A stretch of 64,000 nucleotides of DNA from Prevotella sp. (GCA_024681705.1 JAILAI010000284.1:152-64151), one strand, 5' to 3'. Numbered from the stretch's first letter, positions 49,490 through 59,737 are shown. Program-made: numbers and translations. Notes: a model not told the origin generated them from the sequence alone.

Positions 49490-51037
49490 ATGCTAGTCAA
49501 AACATATTGCGCCGCCGTAAACGGTTTGGAAGTCAATACGGTAACGGTTGAGGTCAGCATGTCGAAAGGCGTGAATTTCCACCTCACGGGTCTGGCAGAC
49601 ACCGCCGTCAAGGAGAGCTACGACCGCATCAAGGCGGCACTGGTGAACAACGACCTGAAGATGCCCGTCATGGAAATCACCATCAACCTGGCACCTGCCG
49701 ACCTCAGGAAGGAGGGAAGCAGCTACGACCTGCCCGTGGCCGTGGGCATCCTGGCGGCCAGCGAGAAGATTGAAGCCGAGCATCTGCACGAATACATGAT
49801 TGTCGGCGAGCTGGGACTCGACGGGAAGTTGCAGCCCATACGCGGTGCACTGCCCATCGCCATCCGTGCAAGGGCGGAGAAGTTCCGCGGGCTCATCGTG
49901 CCCCGTCAGAACGTACGCGAGGCGGCGGTCGTCAACAATCTGGACGTCTACGGCATGGATAGCCTGATGGACGTCATCCAGTTCTTCAACGGTTCGCAAC
50001 AATATGAGCCTACCGTCATCGACACCCGGCGCGAATTCTACGAACACCAATACCACTACGACCTCGACTTTGCCGACGTGCGCGGTCAGGAGAACGTGAA
50101 GCGTGCACTCGAAGTGGCGGCTGCCGGCGGACATAACCTGATCATGATAGGACCTCCAGGATCGGGAAAATCGATGATGGCAAAGCGTCTGCCTAGCATC
50201 TTGCCGCCCTTGTCGCTCTCGGAAAGTCTCGAAACCACGCAGATTCATTCGGTTGCCGGGAAGCTCGGCCGCGACATCAGCCTCATCTCGCAACGCCCGT
50301 TCCGCAGCCCTCATCACACCATCTCGCCGGTAGGACTGGCCGGAGGTACCAACAACGCGAAACCCGGTGAGGTGTCGCTCGCACACAATGGAGTGCTCTT
50401 CCTCGACGAATTGACTGAGTTCAACAGGTCTACGCTTGAAATACTTCGCCAGCCACTCGAAGACCGCAAAATCGTTATCACCCGAGCGCAATACACGGTG
50501 GAGTTCCCCTGTTCGTTCATGCTGGTGGCCTCGATGAACCCTTGTCCCTGCGGCTATTATGGCGACCCGTTGCACAAATGCGTCTGCACGCCGGGACAGA
50601 TAGCCCGCTACCTTTCCAAGATAAGTGGGCCGCTCCTCGACCGCATCGACATCCATTGCGAAATTCAAGCCGTTCCCTTCGTGCAACTCTCGCAGATGAA
50701 GCCGGGCGAACCCTCGTCGGTCATCCGCGAGCGCGTCATCCGTGCCCGTCGCATCCAGGAAGAACGTTTCCGCGACTACAAAGGCATCCATTGCAACGCA
50801 CAGATGACCGAACGCATGCTCCACGAATACGCCGAACCCGACGCCGCCAGTCTCGACATGCTCCGCATGGCAATGGAGAAGCTGAGTCTCTCCGCCCGCG
50901 CCTATAGCCGCATCCTGAAGGTGGCCCGCACCATCGCCGACATCGCCGGCTCCGAGAAAGTGGAGTCCATACACATCGCCGAAGCCATCGGCTACCGCAA
51001 TCTGGATAGGGGCGACTGGGCAGAGAGAGGTATTTAA
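49490..51037 (+). CDS. comM: YifB/ComM Mg-chelatase-like AAA+ ATPase
   Basis: INLAPADLRKEG, GPPGSGKS, FRSPHHT, LFLDE, MNPCPCG and SGPLLDRID motifs. Confidence 0.95.
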   Translation: MLVKTYCAAVNGLEVNTVTVEVSMSKGVNFHLTGLADTAVKESYDRIKAALVNNDLKMPVMEITINLAPADLRKEGSSYDLPVAVGILAASEKIEAEHLHEYMIVGELGLDGKLQPIRGALPIAIRARAEKFRGLIVPRQNVREAAVVNNLDVYGMDSLMDVIQFFNGSQQYEPTVIDTRREFYEHQYHYDLDFADVRGQENVKRALEVAAAGGHNLIMIGPPGSGKSMMAKRLPSILPPLSLSESLETTQIHSVAGKLGRDISLISQRPFRSPHHTISPVGLAGGTNNAKPGEVSLAHNGVLFLDELTEFNRSTLEILRQPLEDRKIVITRAQYTVEFPCSFMLVASMNPCPCGYYGDPLHKCVCTPGQIARYLSKISGPLLDRIDIHCEIQAVPFVQLSQMKPGEPSSVIRERVIRARRIQEERFRDYKGIHCNAQMTERMLHEYAEPDAASLDMLRMAMEKLSLSARAYSRILKVARTIADIAGSEKVESIHIAEAIGYRNLDRGDWAERGI

Positions 51038-51063
51038 TAAACGATTATAAGGAACTTTTTTTC

Positions 51064-51684
51064 ATGGAATATCAAACGGATAGTTCAAGCCTTATTCTAC
51101 TGTTTAGCAAATCAGGAACATTCTATACCGACGAAAATGGAATGGTGGTAGATTTCGAGCCGTCAAAGGATAATCCCTTTATCGAGACGAAGGTAGATGA
51201 GCCTATGGCGTATGATGGCTTTGTCGTAAAGAAGTCCATCGTCCATCTCGTCGTACCTGAAGGTGTCAAAGGGTTCGCGGACGACTTTTTCAGAGGCATT
51301 GAGGTTAAGGAACGTTTTACTCTTCCCAACAGATTACTGTACATCGGAAATAGCTGTCACGACCCCAATTCTTATGGATGCGTGTTTGCTGAATGCAGGT
51401 TGCCGGAAGTTCGTATTCCTAATACAGTGATTGAACTGGGGGCATTTGCTTTTGGCGACTCACATATCGACTATCTGCGAATCCCCTCTTCAATTCGTTC
51501 TCCATATCTCCGGCAGTTTAAGGATTGTAGTATAAGTACATTAAGCCTACCGGTGGAATGGAGGGAATGTGTATCATTAGATGAGCACGGACGTCTGAAA
51601 TTGAGTGGAGTCTTAAATACAACGAATGATGGCTATCTCATTTGGCCAAGCACATCCGTGGGAAAGTTGGAGTTCTATGAATAA
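51064..51684 (+). CDS. BspA-type leucine-rich-repeat protein
   Basis: Repeats VVPEGVKGF, LPNRLLYIG, IPNTVIELGAFAF and IPSSI. Confidence 0.65.
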   Translation: MEYQTDSSSLILLFSKSGTFYTDENGMVVDFEPSKDNPFIETKVDEPMAYDGFVVKKSIVHLVVPEGVKGFADDFFRGIEVKERFTLPNRLLYIGNSCHDPNSYGCVFAECRLPEVRIPNTVIELGAFAFGDSHIDYLRIPSSIRSPYLRQFKDCSISTLSLPVEWRECVSLDEHGRLKLSGVLNTTNDGYLIWPSTSVGKLEFYE

Positions 51685-51774
51685 TTCTATAAAACAATAT
51701 GAAGGGTAGGAAATTGTATTTTCACGAAACAGCTTCTATATTGTAGGTAGATTTGACAAACTAATAAATAATAG

Positions 51775-52236
51775 ATGAAAAGAGTATTTTTTGACATGGA
51801 CGGCGTACTGGTTGATTTCCAGTCTGGCCTTGAGAAAGTATCGGAAGAAGAAAAAGCCCGTTTTGCTGATGACGGGACGGGGAAGCCACACTATGATGAT
51901 ATACCCGGTTTGTTTGCACTGATGGATCCGATGCCAGGAGCTTTTGAAGCCGTAGAGAAGTTGGCGAAAAAGTATGATGTGTACATCCTTTCGACCGCTC
52001 CGTGGAAGAATCCATCGGCATGGAAAGACAAGGTGGAATGGGTACAGAAGTATTTTCCAGAGACTTTCTACAAACGACTGATTCTCTGCCACCATAAGGA
52101 TTTCCTGCAGGGTGACTATCTGATAGACGACCGCCCTCGGCACGGCACCAAAGACTTTCAAGGTGAATGGATTCAGTTCGGTAGCGAACAATTCCCCAAT
52201 TGGGATGCGATAACTGAATACCTGATAGAGAAGTAG
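51775..52236 (+). CDS. 5'(3')-deoxyribonucleotidase (NT5C, HAD family)
   Basis: FFDMDGVLVDF, ILSTAPW and YLIDDR motifs. Confidence 0.88.
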   Translation: MKRVFFDMDGVLVDFQSGLEKVSEEEKARFADDGTGKPHYDDIPGLFALMDPMPGAFEAVEKLAKKYDVYILSTAPWKNPSAWKDKVEWVQKYFPETFYKRLILCHHKDFLQGDYLIDDRPRHGTKDFQGEWIQFGSEQFPNWDAITEYLIEK

Positions 52237-52300
52237 ATGGTTGTTGGCTCTTTCTAATCTTATGAATGCTTCGATAACATTGCCGCTTAAATGATGACGA

Positions 52301-52433
52301 AGCCGAATCCTGAAAGTGATCCGCACCATCGCCGACATCGCCGGCTCCGAGAAAGTACAACCCATGCACATCGCCGAAGCCATCGACTATCGCAATCTGC
52401 GATAGGGACGACTGAGCGGAGAGGGGAATATAG
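52301..52433 (+). pseudogene. Decayed duplicate of the comM 3' end (att-site scar)
   Basis: Aligns to 50906-51037 (e.g. ccgcaccatcgccgacatcgccggctccgagaaagt is identical) with substitutions and a 1-nt insertion. Confidence 0.88.
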
Positions 52434-52479
52434 AATATAATAAAATAACAAGTAAATTAACGTAAAAAATATTGTAACT

Positions 52480-53565
52480 ATGATGCAAATGAAAGGAATG
52501 AGAGTACTGACCATTACCCTGGTATTCACCATGTTGTGCGGGGCCAATATCCTGACGTCGTGTTCTACCGACGAGAATGTGGTGGAACCAGTAAAGAAGG
52601 AGTATTTCAAGTCTTGGAACAATTGTGAGGCGCTTTACGCCCTGAAGGAGTATGTAGAGGATGTGACCAACCCGAAATCGCCCAACTATATCAGTGTTGA
52701 CGACCGCATTGCCACCTTCGATATGGACGGGACCTTCGTTGGCGAACTCTATCCGACCTATTTTGAATACAACCTACTGGAGTATCGTGTTCTTGACGAT
52801 CCATCGTACCGCGACAAGGCTCCCGAGGATGTGCGGCAAACGGCTCAGTGCATCAGGGACTTCGTGCGCAACGGTACGCCTCTGCCCAGCCATTTCGACA
52901 TGCAACATGCGCGTGCCGCCGCCAAGGCCTATGCGGGGATGACCATCGGGGAGTTCGACGCCTACGTGAAAGATTACGCCACCCGACTGGCCAACGGTTT
53001 CAAGGGTATGACCTATGGTAATAGTTTCTATAAGCCTATGCTCGAGGTGTTCGACTACCTGAAGGACAACGGCTTCACCTATTATGTCGTTTCGGGTTCC
53101 GACCGATTCATCTGTCGCGCTTTGGTGGAGTCGATAGGCATTGAACCCAACAGGGTGATAGGCATGGATGTCAAACTCGTGTCGCGCAAACAAGGCGATC
53201 AGGAAGGCGTCAACTATACGATGGAGAAGGAAGAGGATTTGGTGCGCACAGATAGTCTTCTTATCAAGAACCTGAAGACGAACAAGGTGTTGCAGATATC
53301 GCAAGAGATTGGCAAGGTGCCCGTTCTCTCGTTCGGCAATAGCGGTGGCGACTGCTCCATGCACAACTACTGCCTGAGCAATAAACTCAAAAGTGCAGCC
53401 TTCATGCTCATTGCCGACGATGATGTGCGCGACCATGCCAACCGCGAAAAGGCACTCACGCTGGCCACACAATGGCACAATGCGGGCTACCATGTCATCT
53501 CCATGAAAGACGACTTCATCACCATCTACGGTTCGGGAGTGGAGAAGGTGCCCTTTAGCTTCTGA
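52480..53565 (+). CDS. HAD-family phosphatase lipoprotein
   Basis: Lipobox ILTSC, plus TFDMDGT, VVSGS and FGNSGGD motifs. Confidence 0.85.
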   Translation: MMQMKGMRVLTITLVFTMLCGANILTSCSTDENVVEPVKKEYFKSWNNCEALYALKEYVEDVTNPKSPNYISVDDRIATFDMDGTFVGELYPTYFEYNLLEYRVLDDPSYRDKAPEDVRQTAQCIRDFVRNGTPLPSHFDMQHARAAAKAYAGMTIGEFDAYVKDYATRLANGFKGMTYGNSFYKPMLEVFDYLKDNGFTYYVVSGSDRFICRALVESIGIEPNRVIGMDVKLVSRKQGDQEGVNYTMEKEEDLVRTDSLLIKNLKTNKVLQISQEIGKVPVLSFGNSGGDCSMHNYCLSNKLKSAAFMLIADDDVRDHANREKALTLATQWHNAGYHVISMKDDFITIYGSGVEKVPFSF

Positions 53566-53661
53566 TATGAACAGACTATGGTAACAAGTGTAGCAAAGGT
53601 GGACCAATAAGCTGGTTTCTCCTAGCTGAAAGAGGGACAAAATATAATTATAAATAAGAAC

Positions 53662-54687
53662 ATGGAGGACAAACAAAATATCATTATTTATCGCACGGCA
53701 GATGGCAAAGCTTCTGTGGCTCTTTTTGCCAAGAATGGCAAGATTTGGCTGAATCAACAACAGATGGCTGAACTTTTTGCCACCTCGAAGCAATCCATCA
53801 GCTATCACATCATTAACATACTGAAGGAGAATGAGTTAGAAGAATCTTCAGTTGTCAAAGATTTTTTGACTACTGCAGCTGACGGTAAGAATTATAACGT
53901 TGTTTTCTACTCGTTGGAGATGATCATTGCTGTGGGTTACCGTATCCGTGGACTGAGAGGAACACAATTCCGACAATGGGCAACAGAACACCTGACCGAA
54001 TACCTAGTAAAGGGATTTACAATGGATGATGAACGGCTTAAAAATCCAGATGGCAGGCCTGACTACTTTGATGAATTACTAGCTCGTATTCGTGACATCC
54101 GTGCTTCAGAGAAACGTTTCTACCAAAAGATACGAGACCTCTTTGCTCTCAGTAGTGACTATGACAAGACGGATAAAGCCACTCAGATGTTCTTTGCTGA
54201 AACACAAAACAAACTTCTCTACGCCGTCACCCACAAGACTGCAGCGGAGTTACTAATTACTCGTGCAGATGCCAATCAACCAAACATGGGATTGACAACA
54301 TGGAAAGGTAGCATAGTACGTAAAGGCGACGTCATTATTGCAAAAAACTATCTACAAAATGATGAGATTGACTCTTTAAACCGGCTTGTTGACATTTTCC
54401 TCACTAGTGCTGAAGAACGGGTAAAAGGCCGTCGTGACTTAACACTCAATTATTGGCGTAAAAATGTTGATAATTTGCTGACATTTCAAGAAAAGGATAT
54501 TTTGAAAGGTCGTGGTTCTATATCTAACGAAGAGGCAGAGAATATTGTCCGAATGAAATACGACACATTCAATGCCAAGCGCAAACAGCTTGATGCCCAA
54601 ATAGCGGATGCTGAGGATTTAAAGATGTTGGAAGAAATAGAAAAAAACATTTTAAAGGAAGGACAAAATGGAGAGAAGGAAACATGA
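53662..54687 (+). CDS. RhuM (Virulence_RhuM) family protein
   Basis: IWLNQQQMAELF, YSLEMIIAVGYRI, TQFRQWAT and RIRDIRASEKRFYQK motifs. Confidence 0.9.
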   Translation: MEDKQNIIIYRTADGKASVALFAKNGKIWLNQQQMAELFATSKQSISYHIINILKENELEESSVVKDFLTTAADGKNYNVVFYSLEMIIAVGYRIRGLRGTQFRQWATEHLTEYLVKGFTMDDERLKNPDGRPDYFDELLARIRDIRASEKRFYQKIRDLFALSSDYDKTDKATQMFFAETQNKLLYAVTHKTAAELLITRADANQPNMGLTTWKGSIVRKGDVIIAKNYLQNDEIDSLNRLVDIFLTSAEERVKGRRDLTLNYWRKNVDNLLTFQEKDILKGRGSISNEEAENIVRMKYDTFNAKRKQLDAQIADAEDLKMLEEIEKNILKEGQNGEKET

Positions 54688-54918
54688 GTAAATGCATGAT
54701 TTTTTCATAGAGGAGTTCATACATCGTATGGACAGAACTGGGTGGAACACTCAATGTTTATTTTGGCATATGGGTTTAGGCGAGGTGTAAATATGTTGAA
54801 TAGTAATCCATCTGAGAGGCCAAAATAATAGGTTTCGACTAGATTTCCGCCGAAACATTTGGAACTATAGATGGATTTTCATATCTTTGCGAAGTTTTAA
54901 TATGTATACAAAAACGAT

Positions 54919-56460
54919 ATGATGATAAAGAAAGTATTTTTAGGCTTGGTGGCTCTTATGATGGGCTGTCAGGTTGTTATGGCTCAGAAGAGCATTGTGA
55001 TTCTCTACGAGAACGACGTGCATTGTGGTATCGACGGCTACACGAAGCTTGCTGGTCTGCGCGATGCCATCAACAAAACGGATACGGCCTATGCGGCGGC
55101 CGTGTGTTGTGGCGACTTCCTTCAAGGCAACACCACAGGTGCCATCTCGAAGGGACAATACATTGCCGATATCATGCGCTATATGGACTATCACGCGCTG
55201 ACCTTAGGCAACCATGAGTTCGACTATGGCGTGCCACGCATGATAGAGCTGTTGGAGCAGGTGGGTGCTCCTGTGGTTTGTGCCAACTTCTTCGATGCCG
55301 GAGAACCGCAACCTGTGTATGCTCCGTATGTCATCCATCAGTACGGCGACAAACGCGTGGCCTATGTCGGTGCGTGTACACCTGAGACGATGATTCTCGA
55401 AGGCTATTCGTTCTACGACACCAACGGCATCCTGCTTTACGACCTGAAACCAAAGACTTTCTACGAACTGATTCAGCAGGCGGTCGACGCGGCCCGTGCC
55501 GAAGGCGCCAACTATGTGGTGCTGCTCTCGCATGTGGGCGAGACGCCTCAGTCGATGGGTTTCAGTTCCTATCGCCTCGTCAACAACACGCGCGGCATTG
55601 ATATCGTTCTCGATGCCCACTCCCACGAGATTATCGAGAATGCACGAATCAAGAACCTCGACGGCAAGGAGATTACCGTCACCCAGACGGGCACTCAGTT
55701 TGCCAATGTGGGCAAGCTGCTCATCACCCCCGACGGACGCCTCACTACCCAACTCATCAAGACCAAGAAAATACCCTACGAGAACAAGCAGATTACCGCC
55801 ATCACCGATAGCATCCACAAAATGGTGAAGGCCGTCACCTCGAAGGTGGTAGCCCATAGCGACTACACCCTGGTGGTGAGCGACGAGAACGACCAATGGA
55901 TTGTGCGCGGACAGGAGACGAATGCGGGCGACCTCGTGGCCGATGCCTATCGCTATGCGATGAAGGCCGACATCGGTTTTGAGAACGGAGGTGGCATCCG
56001 CAACGACATCCTTGCCGGCGACATCACCTATGGCGACATCATCGGCATGCTGCCCTACGACAACACCTTGCGTCGCATCATGGTGAGTGCCGAACAACTC
56101 AAGCAGATGCTCACACGTTGCACGTCTCTCGTGCCCGTGCTCGACGGAAACTTCCCCCAATGTTCCGGTCTCCGCTTCACCGTCCATAGCAAAAGCCATA
56201 CCGTGAGCGACATCGAAATACTTCAGGAAGACGGCACCTATGCTCCCATCGACATGAATCGCACCTATAGCGTCGCACTGACGAACTACAACCATAACGA
56301 TGGCGGTTTCTTCGACTGCTTCAAGAAATGCGTGGTGCTCCAGGAGAGTACGATGCGCTACTACGAGGCTCTGTCGGACTATCTGAGCAAAGTGCTCGGT
56401 GGCAATCTGGGCAAGGCCTATGCCGAACCGCAGGGACGTATCAGGATTGTTGAAGACTGA
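54919..56460 (+). CDS. Bifunctional metallophosphatase / 5'-nucleotidase
   Basis: Signal peptide, with NDVH, GD, GNHEFD, LSH, HSH and NGGGIR motifs. Confidence 0.92.
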   Translation: MMIKKVFLGLVALMMGCQVVMAQKSIVILYENDVHCGIDGYTKLAGLRDAINKTDTAYAAAVCCGDFLQGNTTGAISKGQYIADIMRYMDYHALTLGNHEFDYGVPRMIELLEQVGAPVVCANFFDAGEPQPVYAPYVIHQYGDKRVAYVGACTPETMILEGYSFYDTNGILLYDLKPKTFYELIQQAVDAARAEGANYVVLLSHVGETPQSMGFSSYRLVNNTRGIDIVLDAHSHEIIENARIKNLDGKEITVTQTGTQFANVGKLLITPDGRLTTQLIKTKKIPYENKQITAITDSIHKMVKAVTSKVVAHSDYTLVVSDENDQWIVRGQETNAGDLVADAYRYAMKADIGFENGGGIRNDILAGDITYGDIIGMLPYDNTLRRIMVSAEQLKQMLTRCTSLVPVLDGNFPQCSGLRFTVHSKSHTVSDIEILQEDGTYAPIDMNRTYSVALTNYNHNDGGFFDCFKKCVVLQESTMRYYEALSDYLSKVLGGNLGKAYAEPQGRIRIVED

Positions 56461-56510
56461 TGGTTTGGCGTTCGTTGAGAAACCCATTTCCACAAAACAT
56501 GATTTGATTG

Positions 56511-56951
56511 ATGGAATACAAAAGAATTGGCGAAAACTACTATGTCCGCATGGATAGGGGAGACGAGATTATTGGCTGCCTGCTCGAGATATGCCGTAAA
56601 GAATCCATCGCGTCGGCGGTCTTCTCGGGCATCGGCGGGTGTCAGGATGCGGAACTACAAGTCTTCATTCCAGAGACTGGTATTTTCGAGACGGAACGCT
56701 TGGAGGGAATGCTCGAACTCGTTTCCATCAACGGCAATGTAGTCACCGACGACGATGGCCAGCTGTTCCATCACACCCATGCCTTGTTTTCGTTCAAGAA
56801 AGATGGTCAGCATGGTATGGCGGCGGGTCACCTCAAGTCGACAAAAGTCCTCTACACCGCGGAAATAGAACTACGTCCAACTATCGGTGGCGCCATCGGT
56901 AGGAAGTACGACCCAGAAACAGGGACGGGATTCTGGAGTTTTAAAGATTGA
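56511..56951 (+). CDS. PPC/DUF296 domain protein
   Basis: RMDRGDEI, FSGIG, ELVSINGN, HTHA and GHL motifs. Confidence 0.85.
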   Translation: MEYKRIGENYYVRMDRGDEIIGCLLEICRKESIASAVFSGIGGCQDAELQVFIPETGIFETERLEGMLELVSINGNVVTDDDGQLFHHTHALFSFKKDGQHGMAAGHLKSTKVLYTAEIELRPTIGGAIGRKYDPETGTGFWSFKD

Positions 56952-56999
56952 AAAGAAAGGAGAAACGCCCACATTATTATAAATGGTTAGCGTGAAGAG

Positions 57000-57377
57000 A
57001 TGACCGAACAATCCGTCGCATTACTGCTGGCATTGATAGTCTGCCATTATCTGGGTGACTTTTGCTTGACTTTCCCCGCAATGATTCGGGCAAAGGCCGA
57101 TGGACGCAAGCCTTTGCCCATTATGGCGCATGCGGCTATCCACGCTTTGCTGATGGTCGTCTGCTTTGCCATTGCGGGCGTATCGGCCAAAGGAATCCTC
57201 ATAGCAGCAGCAATAGAATGGGTAACGCATTTTCTCATAGACACCGCTAAGGGAAGGCTGACGGCACGCTTTGCGATTCTTTCCGACCAAGGCCAACGGC
57301 CCTATTGGATGCTCTACGGATTCGACCAACTGCTGCACCTTTTTGTGATTGTCGGCATTTGGTGGTTCTCAAACTAG
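57000..57377 (+). CDS. DUF3307 domain membrane protein
   Basis: HYLGDF, HAAIH, HFLID and DQLLH motifs. Confidence 0.82.
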   Translation: MTEQSVALLLALIVCHYLGDFCLTFPAMIRAKADGRKPLPIMAHAAIHALLMVVCFAIAGVSAKGILIAAAIEWVTHFLIDTAKGRLTARFAILSDQGQRPYWMLYGFDQLLHLFVIVGIWWFSN

Positions 57378-57395
57378 CCTCACATATTTTAATAT

Positions 57396-57799
57396 AACGT
57401 CAGTTCGACGAAAACAACATGAAGATAAGTCTTTTCCGAAAAAGACCTACCGACCTACCATCATACCCCTCAAATGCCTATAAATAAAGGGGTAGGTCAA
57501 TGGTAGGTCTTTCCGCAACACCTACCATAGACCTACCATATCTAAAACCCTTTGTGATAGGCGTTTACGAATGGTCATGGTAGGTCGGTAGGTGTTAAAC
57601 GCAAATTTAAGTAGAAAACTTTTCTAATTTAGATAAAGTGAGACTTTTAAAACTCAAAAGCACCATTTTTCATCATCTAATGCGTCGCTTTGCATGAGTA
57701 AAATCGCCGCTTTCTATGAGCAATATCATTGTTTTTAGCGCAACAAAATAATTCCGATTAGCTTTATTACAAGAAACACATTTTCGTCGAACTCACATT
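57396..57799. mobile_element. MITE-like element containing repeat family B, copy 2
   Basis: 19-bp TIR aacgtcagttcgacgaaaa / ttttcgtcgaactcacatt (2 mismatches), with aatat on both sides. The interior 57425-57715 is an inverted copy of 9645-9955. Confidence 0.6.
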
Positions 57800-57814
57800 A
57801 ATATAAGGTGCTCC

Positions 57815-57954
57815 CGCTCGAAAATAAAAAAGAAAAACGAGGCCACCTTTTTGTTTTGCTCGCTTATTCACACCTTTGAAGAAGGTACTCTCGCTCGAAA
57901 ATAAAAAGAAAAACGAGTTTTCCTTTTTGTTTTGCTCGCTTATTCGTACCTTTG
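57815..57954 (+). repeat. Tandem duplication of ~63 bp; second copy holds the TACCTTTG promoter box
   Basis: cgctcgaaaataaaaa(a)gaaaaacgag...cctttttgttttgctcgcttattc..acctttg starts at about 57815 and again at 57892. Confidence 0.7.
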
Positions 57955-57959
57955 CACCC

Positions 57960-59213
57960 ATGAATGAGACAATAAAGGATTTTGAGATTATGGCGCCCGT
58001 CGGGTCGCGTGAGTCGCTTGCGGCGGCACTTCAGGCCGGAGCCGATAGCATCTACTTCGGCATTGAGCGACTGAACATGCGCGCCCATTCGGCATCCACC
58101 TTCACCATCGACGACCTGCGGGAGATAGCAAAGACCTGTGGGGAACACGGTGTGAAGACCTATCTGACGGTGAACACCATCATCTACGGCGAAGACCTTC
58201 CGCTGATGCGCGAGATTATCGATGCGGCCAAGGAGGCTGGCATTTCGGCGGTCATTGCGTCGGACGTGGCGGTGATGACCTATTGCCGAAAGGTGGGCCA
58301 GGAGGTTCACCTGAGCACACAGCTGAACATCTCGAACATCGAAGCACTGCGCTTCTACGCCCAATTTGCCGATGTGGTGGTTCTGGCGCGCGAACTCAAC
58401 ATGGACCAAGTGGCAGAAATCCATCGGCAGGCGGTGGAGCAACACATCTGCGGACCGTCGGGTGAGCCCATCCGCATCGAGATGTTCTGTCACGGTGCTC
58501 TCTGCATGGCCATCTCAGGCAAGTGCTACATGAGTCTCGACGCGGCCAACCGATCAGCCAACCGCGGTGAATGTGTGCAGATATGTCGCCGTTCGTACAT
58601 CCTGACTGACGCTGAAACGGGTCACCAGATTGAGGTGGACAACAAATACCTGATGAGTCCGAAGGACCTGAAGACGGTGCGTTTCATCGACCGCATGATG
58701 AAGGCCGGCGTGCGCGTGTTCAAGATTGAGGGTCGTGCTCGCGGTCCTGAGTATGTCTACACGGTGGTGAAATGCTATAAGGAGGCCATCGCGAGCGTGC
58801 TCGAAGGCACCTTCACCAAGGAGAAGAAGGACGAATGGGACGAGCGACTGGCGAGCGTCTTCAATCGCGGTTTCTGGGACGGCTACTATCAGGGTCAGAC
58901 CATGGGCGAGTGGAACAAGGAATACGGCTCGTGTGCCACAGAGCGGAAGCTATACATCGGCAAGGGAATGAAGTATTTCTCGAAGCTCGGCGTGGCGGAA
59001 TTCTCTGTAGAAGCCAACACGTTCTCGGTGGGCGACAAGATGCTCATCACTGGTCCTACGACGGGCGTCATCTACGTGACGGCCGACGAGATACACGACG
59101 ATCACGGAGCTGTGGAAACAGCCCAGCAAGGAACGCGCGTCAGCATCAAGGTACCAGAAAAGGTACGGCCCTCAGACAAGCTTTTTAAACTGGTGAAGGA
59201 CAAGGAGGCGTAG
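57960..59213 (+). CDS. Peptidase U32 family protein (TrhP/PrtC-like, Fe-S)
   Basis: EIMAPVG, HLSTQ, HGALCMAISGKC, NRGECVQICR and FKIEGR motifs; start MNETIK at 57960. Confidence 0.92.
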   Translation: MNETIKDFEIMAPVGSRESLAAALQAGADSIYFGIERLNMRAHSASTFTIDDLREIAKTCGEHGVKTYLTVNTIIYGEDLPLMREIIDAAKEAGISAVIASDVAVMTYCRKVGQEVHLSTQLNISNIEALRFYAQFADVVVLARELNMDQVAEIHRQAVEQHICGPSGEPIRIEMFCHGALCMAISGKCYMSLDAANRSANRGECVQICRRSYILTDAETGHQIEVDNKYLMSPKDLKTVRFIDRMMKAGVRVFKIEGRARGPEYVYTVVKCYKEAIASVLEGTFTKEKKDEWDERLASVFNRGFWDGYYQGQTMGEWNKEYGSCATERKLYIGKGMKYFSKLGVAEFSVEANTFSVGDKMLITGPTTGVIYVTADEIHDDHGAVETAQQGTRVSIKVPEKVRPSDKLFKLVKDKEA

Positions 59214-59309
59214 GGTCGTGAGCTGCGACATCATCGCAACATACAAAGGCCAAGACGGGGAACCTTTCAAATGCCGAAAGCCCTGAATAACAATAAAAAC
59301 AAAAAGATA

Positions 59310-59732
59310 ATGACAATCAACGAATTGCAAGACGAGGTCATCGAGGAGTTTTCGGGCTTCGACGACTGGATGGATAAATATCAGCTGCTCATCGATTTGG
59401 GCAACGAACAGGAACCGCTCGGCGAGAAGTATAAGACCGAGAGCAACCTCATCGACGGCTGCCAAAGCCGCGTGTGGCTACAGGCCGACTATCGCGACGG
59501 GCTCCTTTGGTTCACGGCCGAGAGCGACGCCCTCATCGTGAAGGGCATTGTGGCATTGCTCATCCGCGTACTCAGCGGACATACGCCTCAGGAGATTCTC
59601 GATGCCGAGCTCTACTTCATCGACCAGATAGGGCTGAAGGAACATCTCTCGCCCACCCGCTCCAACGGACTCCTGGCCATGGTGAAACAGATGCGAATGT
59701 ACGCGCTGGCGTTTAAAATGAAGAATGATTAA
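59310..59732 (+). CDS. sufE: SufE family protein
   Basis: WMDKYQLLIDLG, GCQSRVW, SDALIVKG and LSPTRSNG motifs. Confidence 0.93.
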   Translation: MTINELQDEVIEEFSGFDDWMDKYQLLIDLGNEQEPLGEKYKTESNLIDGCQSRVWLQADYRDGLLWFTAESDALIVKGIVALLIRVLSGHTPQEILDAELYFIDQIGLKEHLSPTRSNGLLAMVKQMRMYALAFKMKND

Positions 59733-59737
59733 CCTCC

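Noticed and set aside
51736-52383. 215-aa minus-strand ORF resembling the ORF at 49493-50974
   Set aside because: The resemblance comes only from reading the comM 3' duplicate in antisense.
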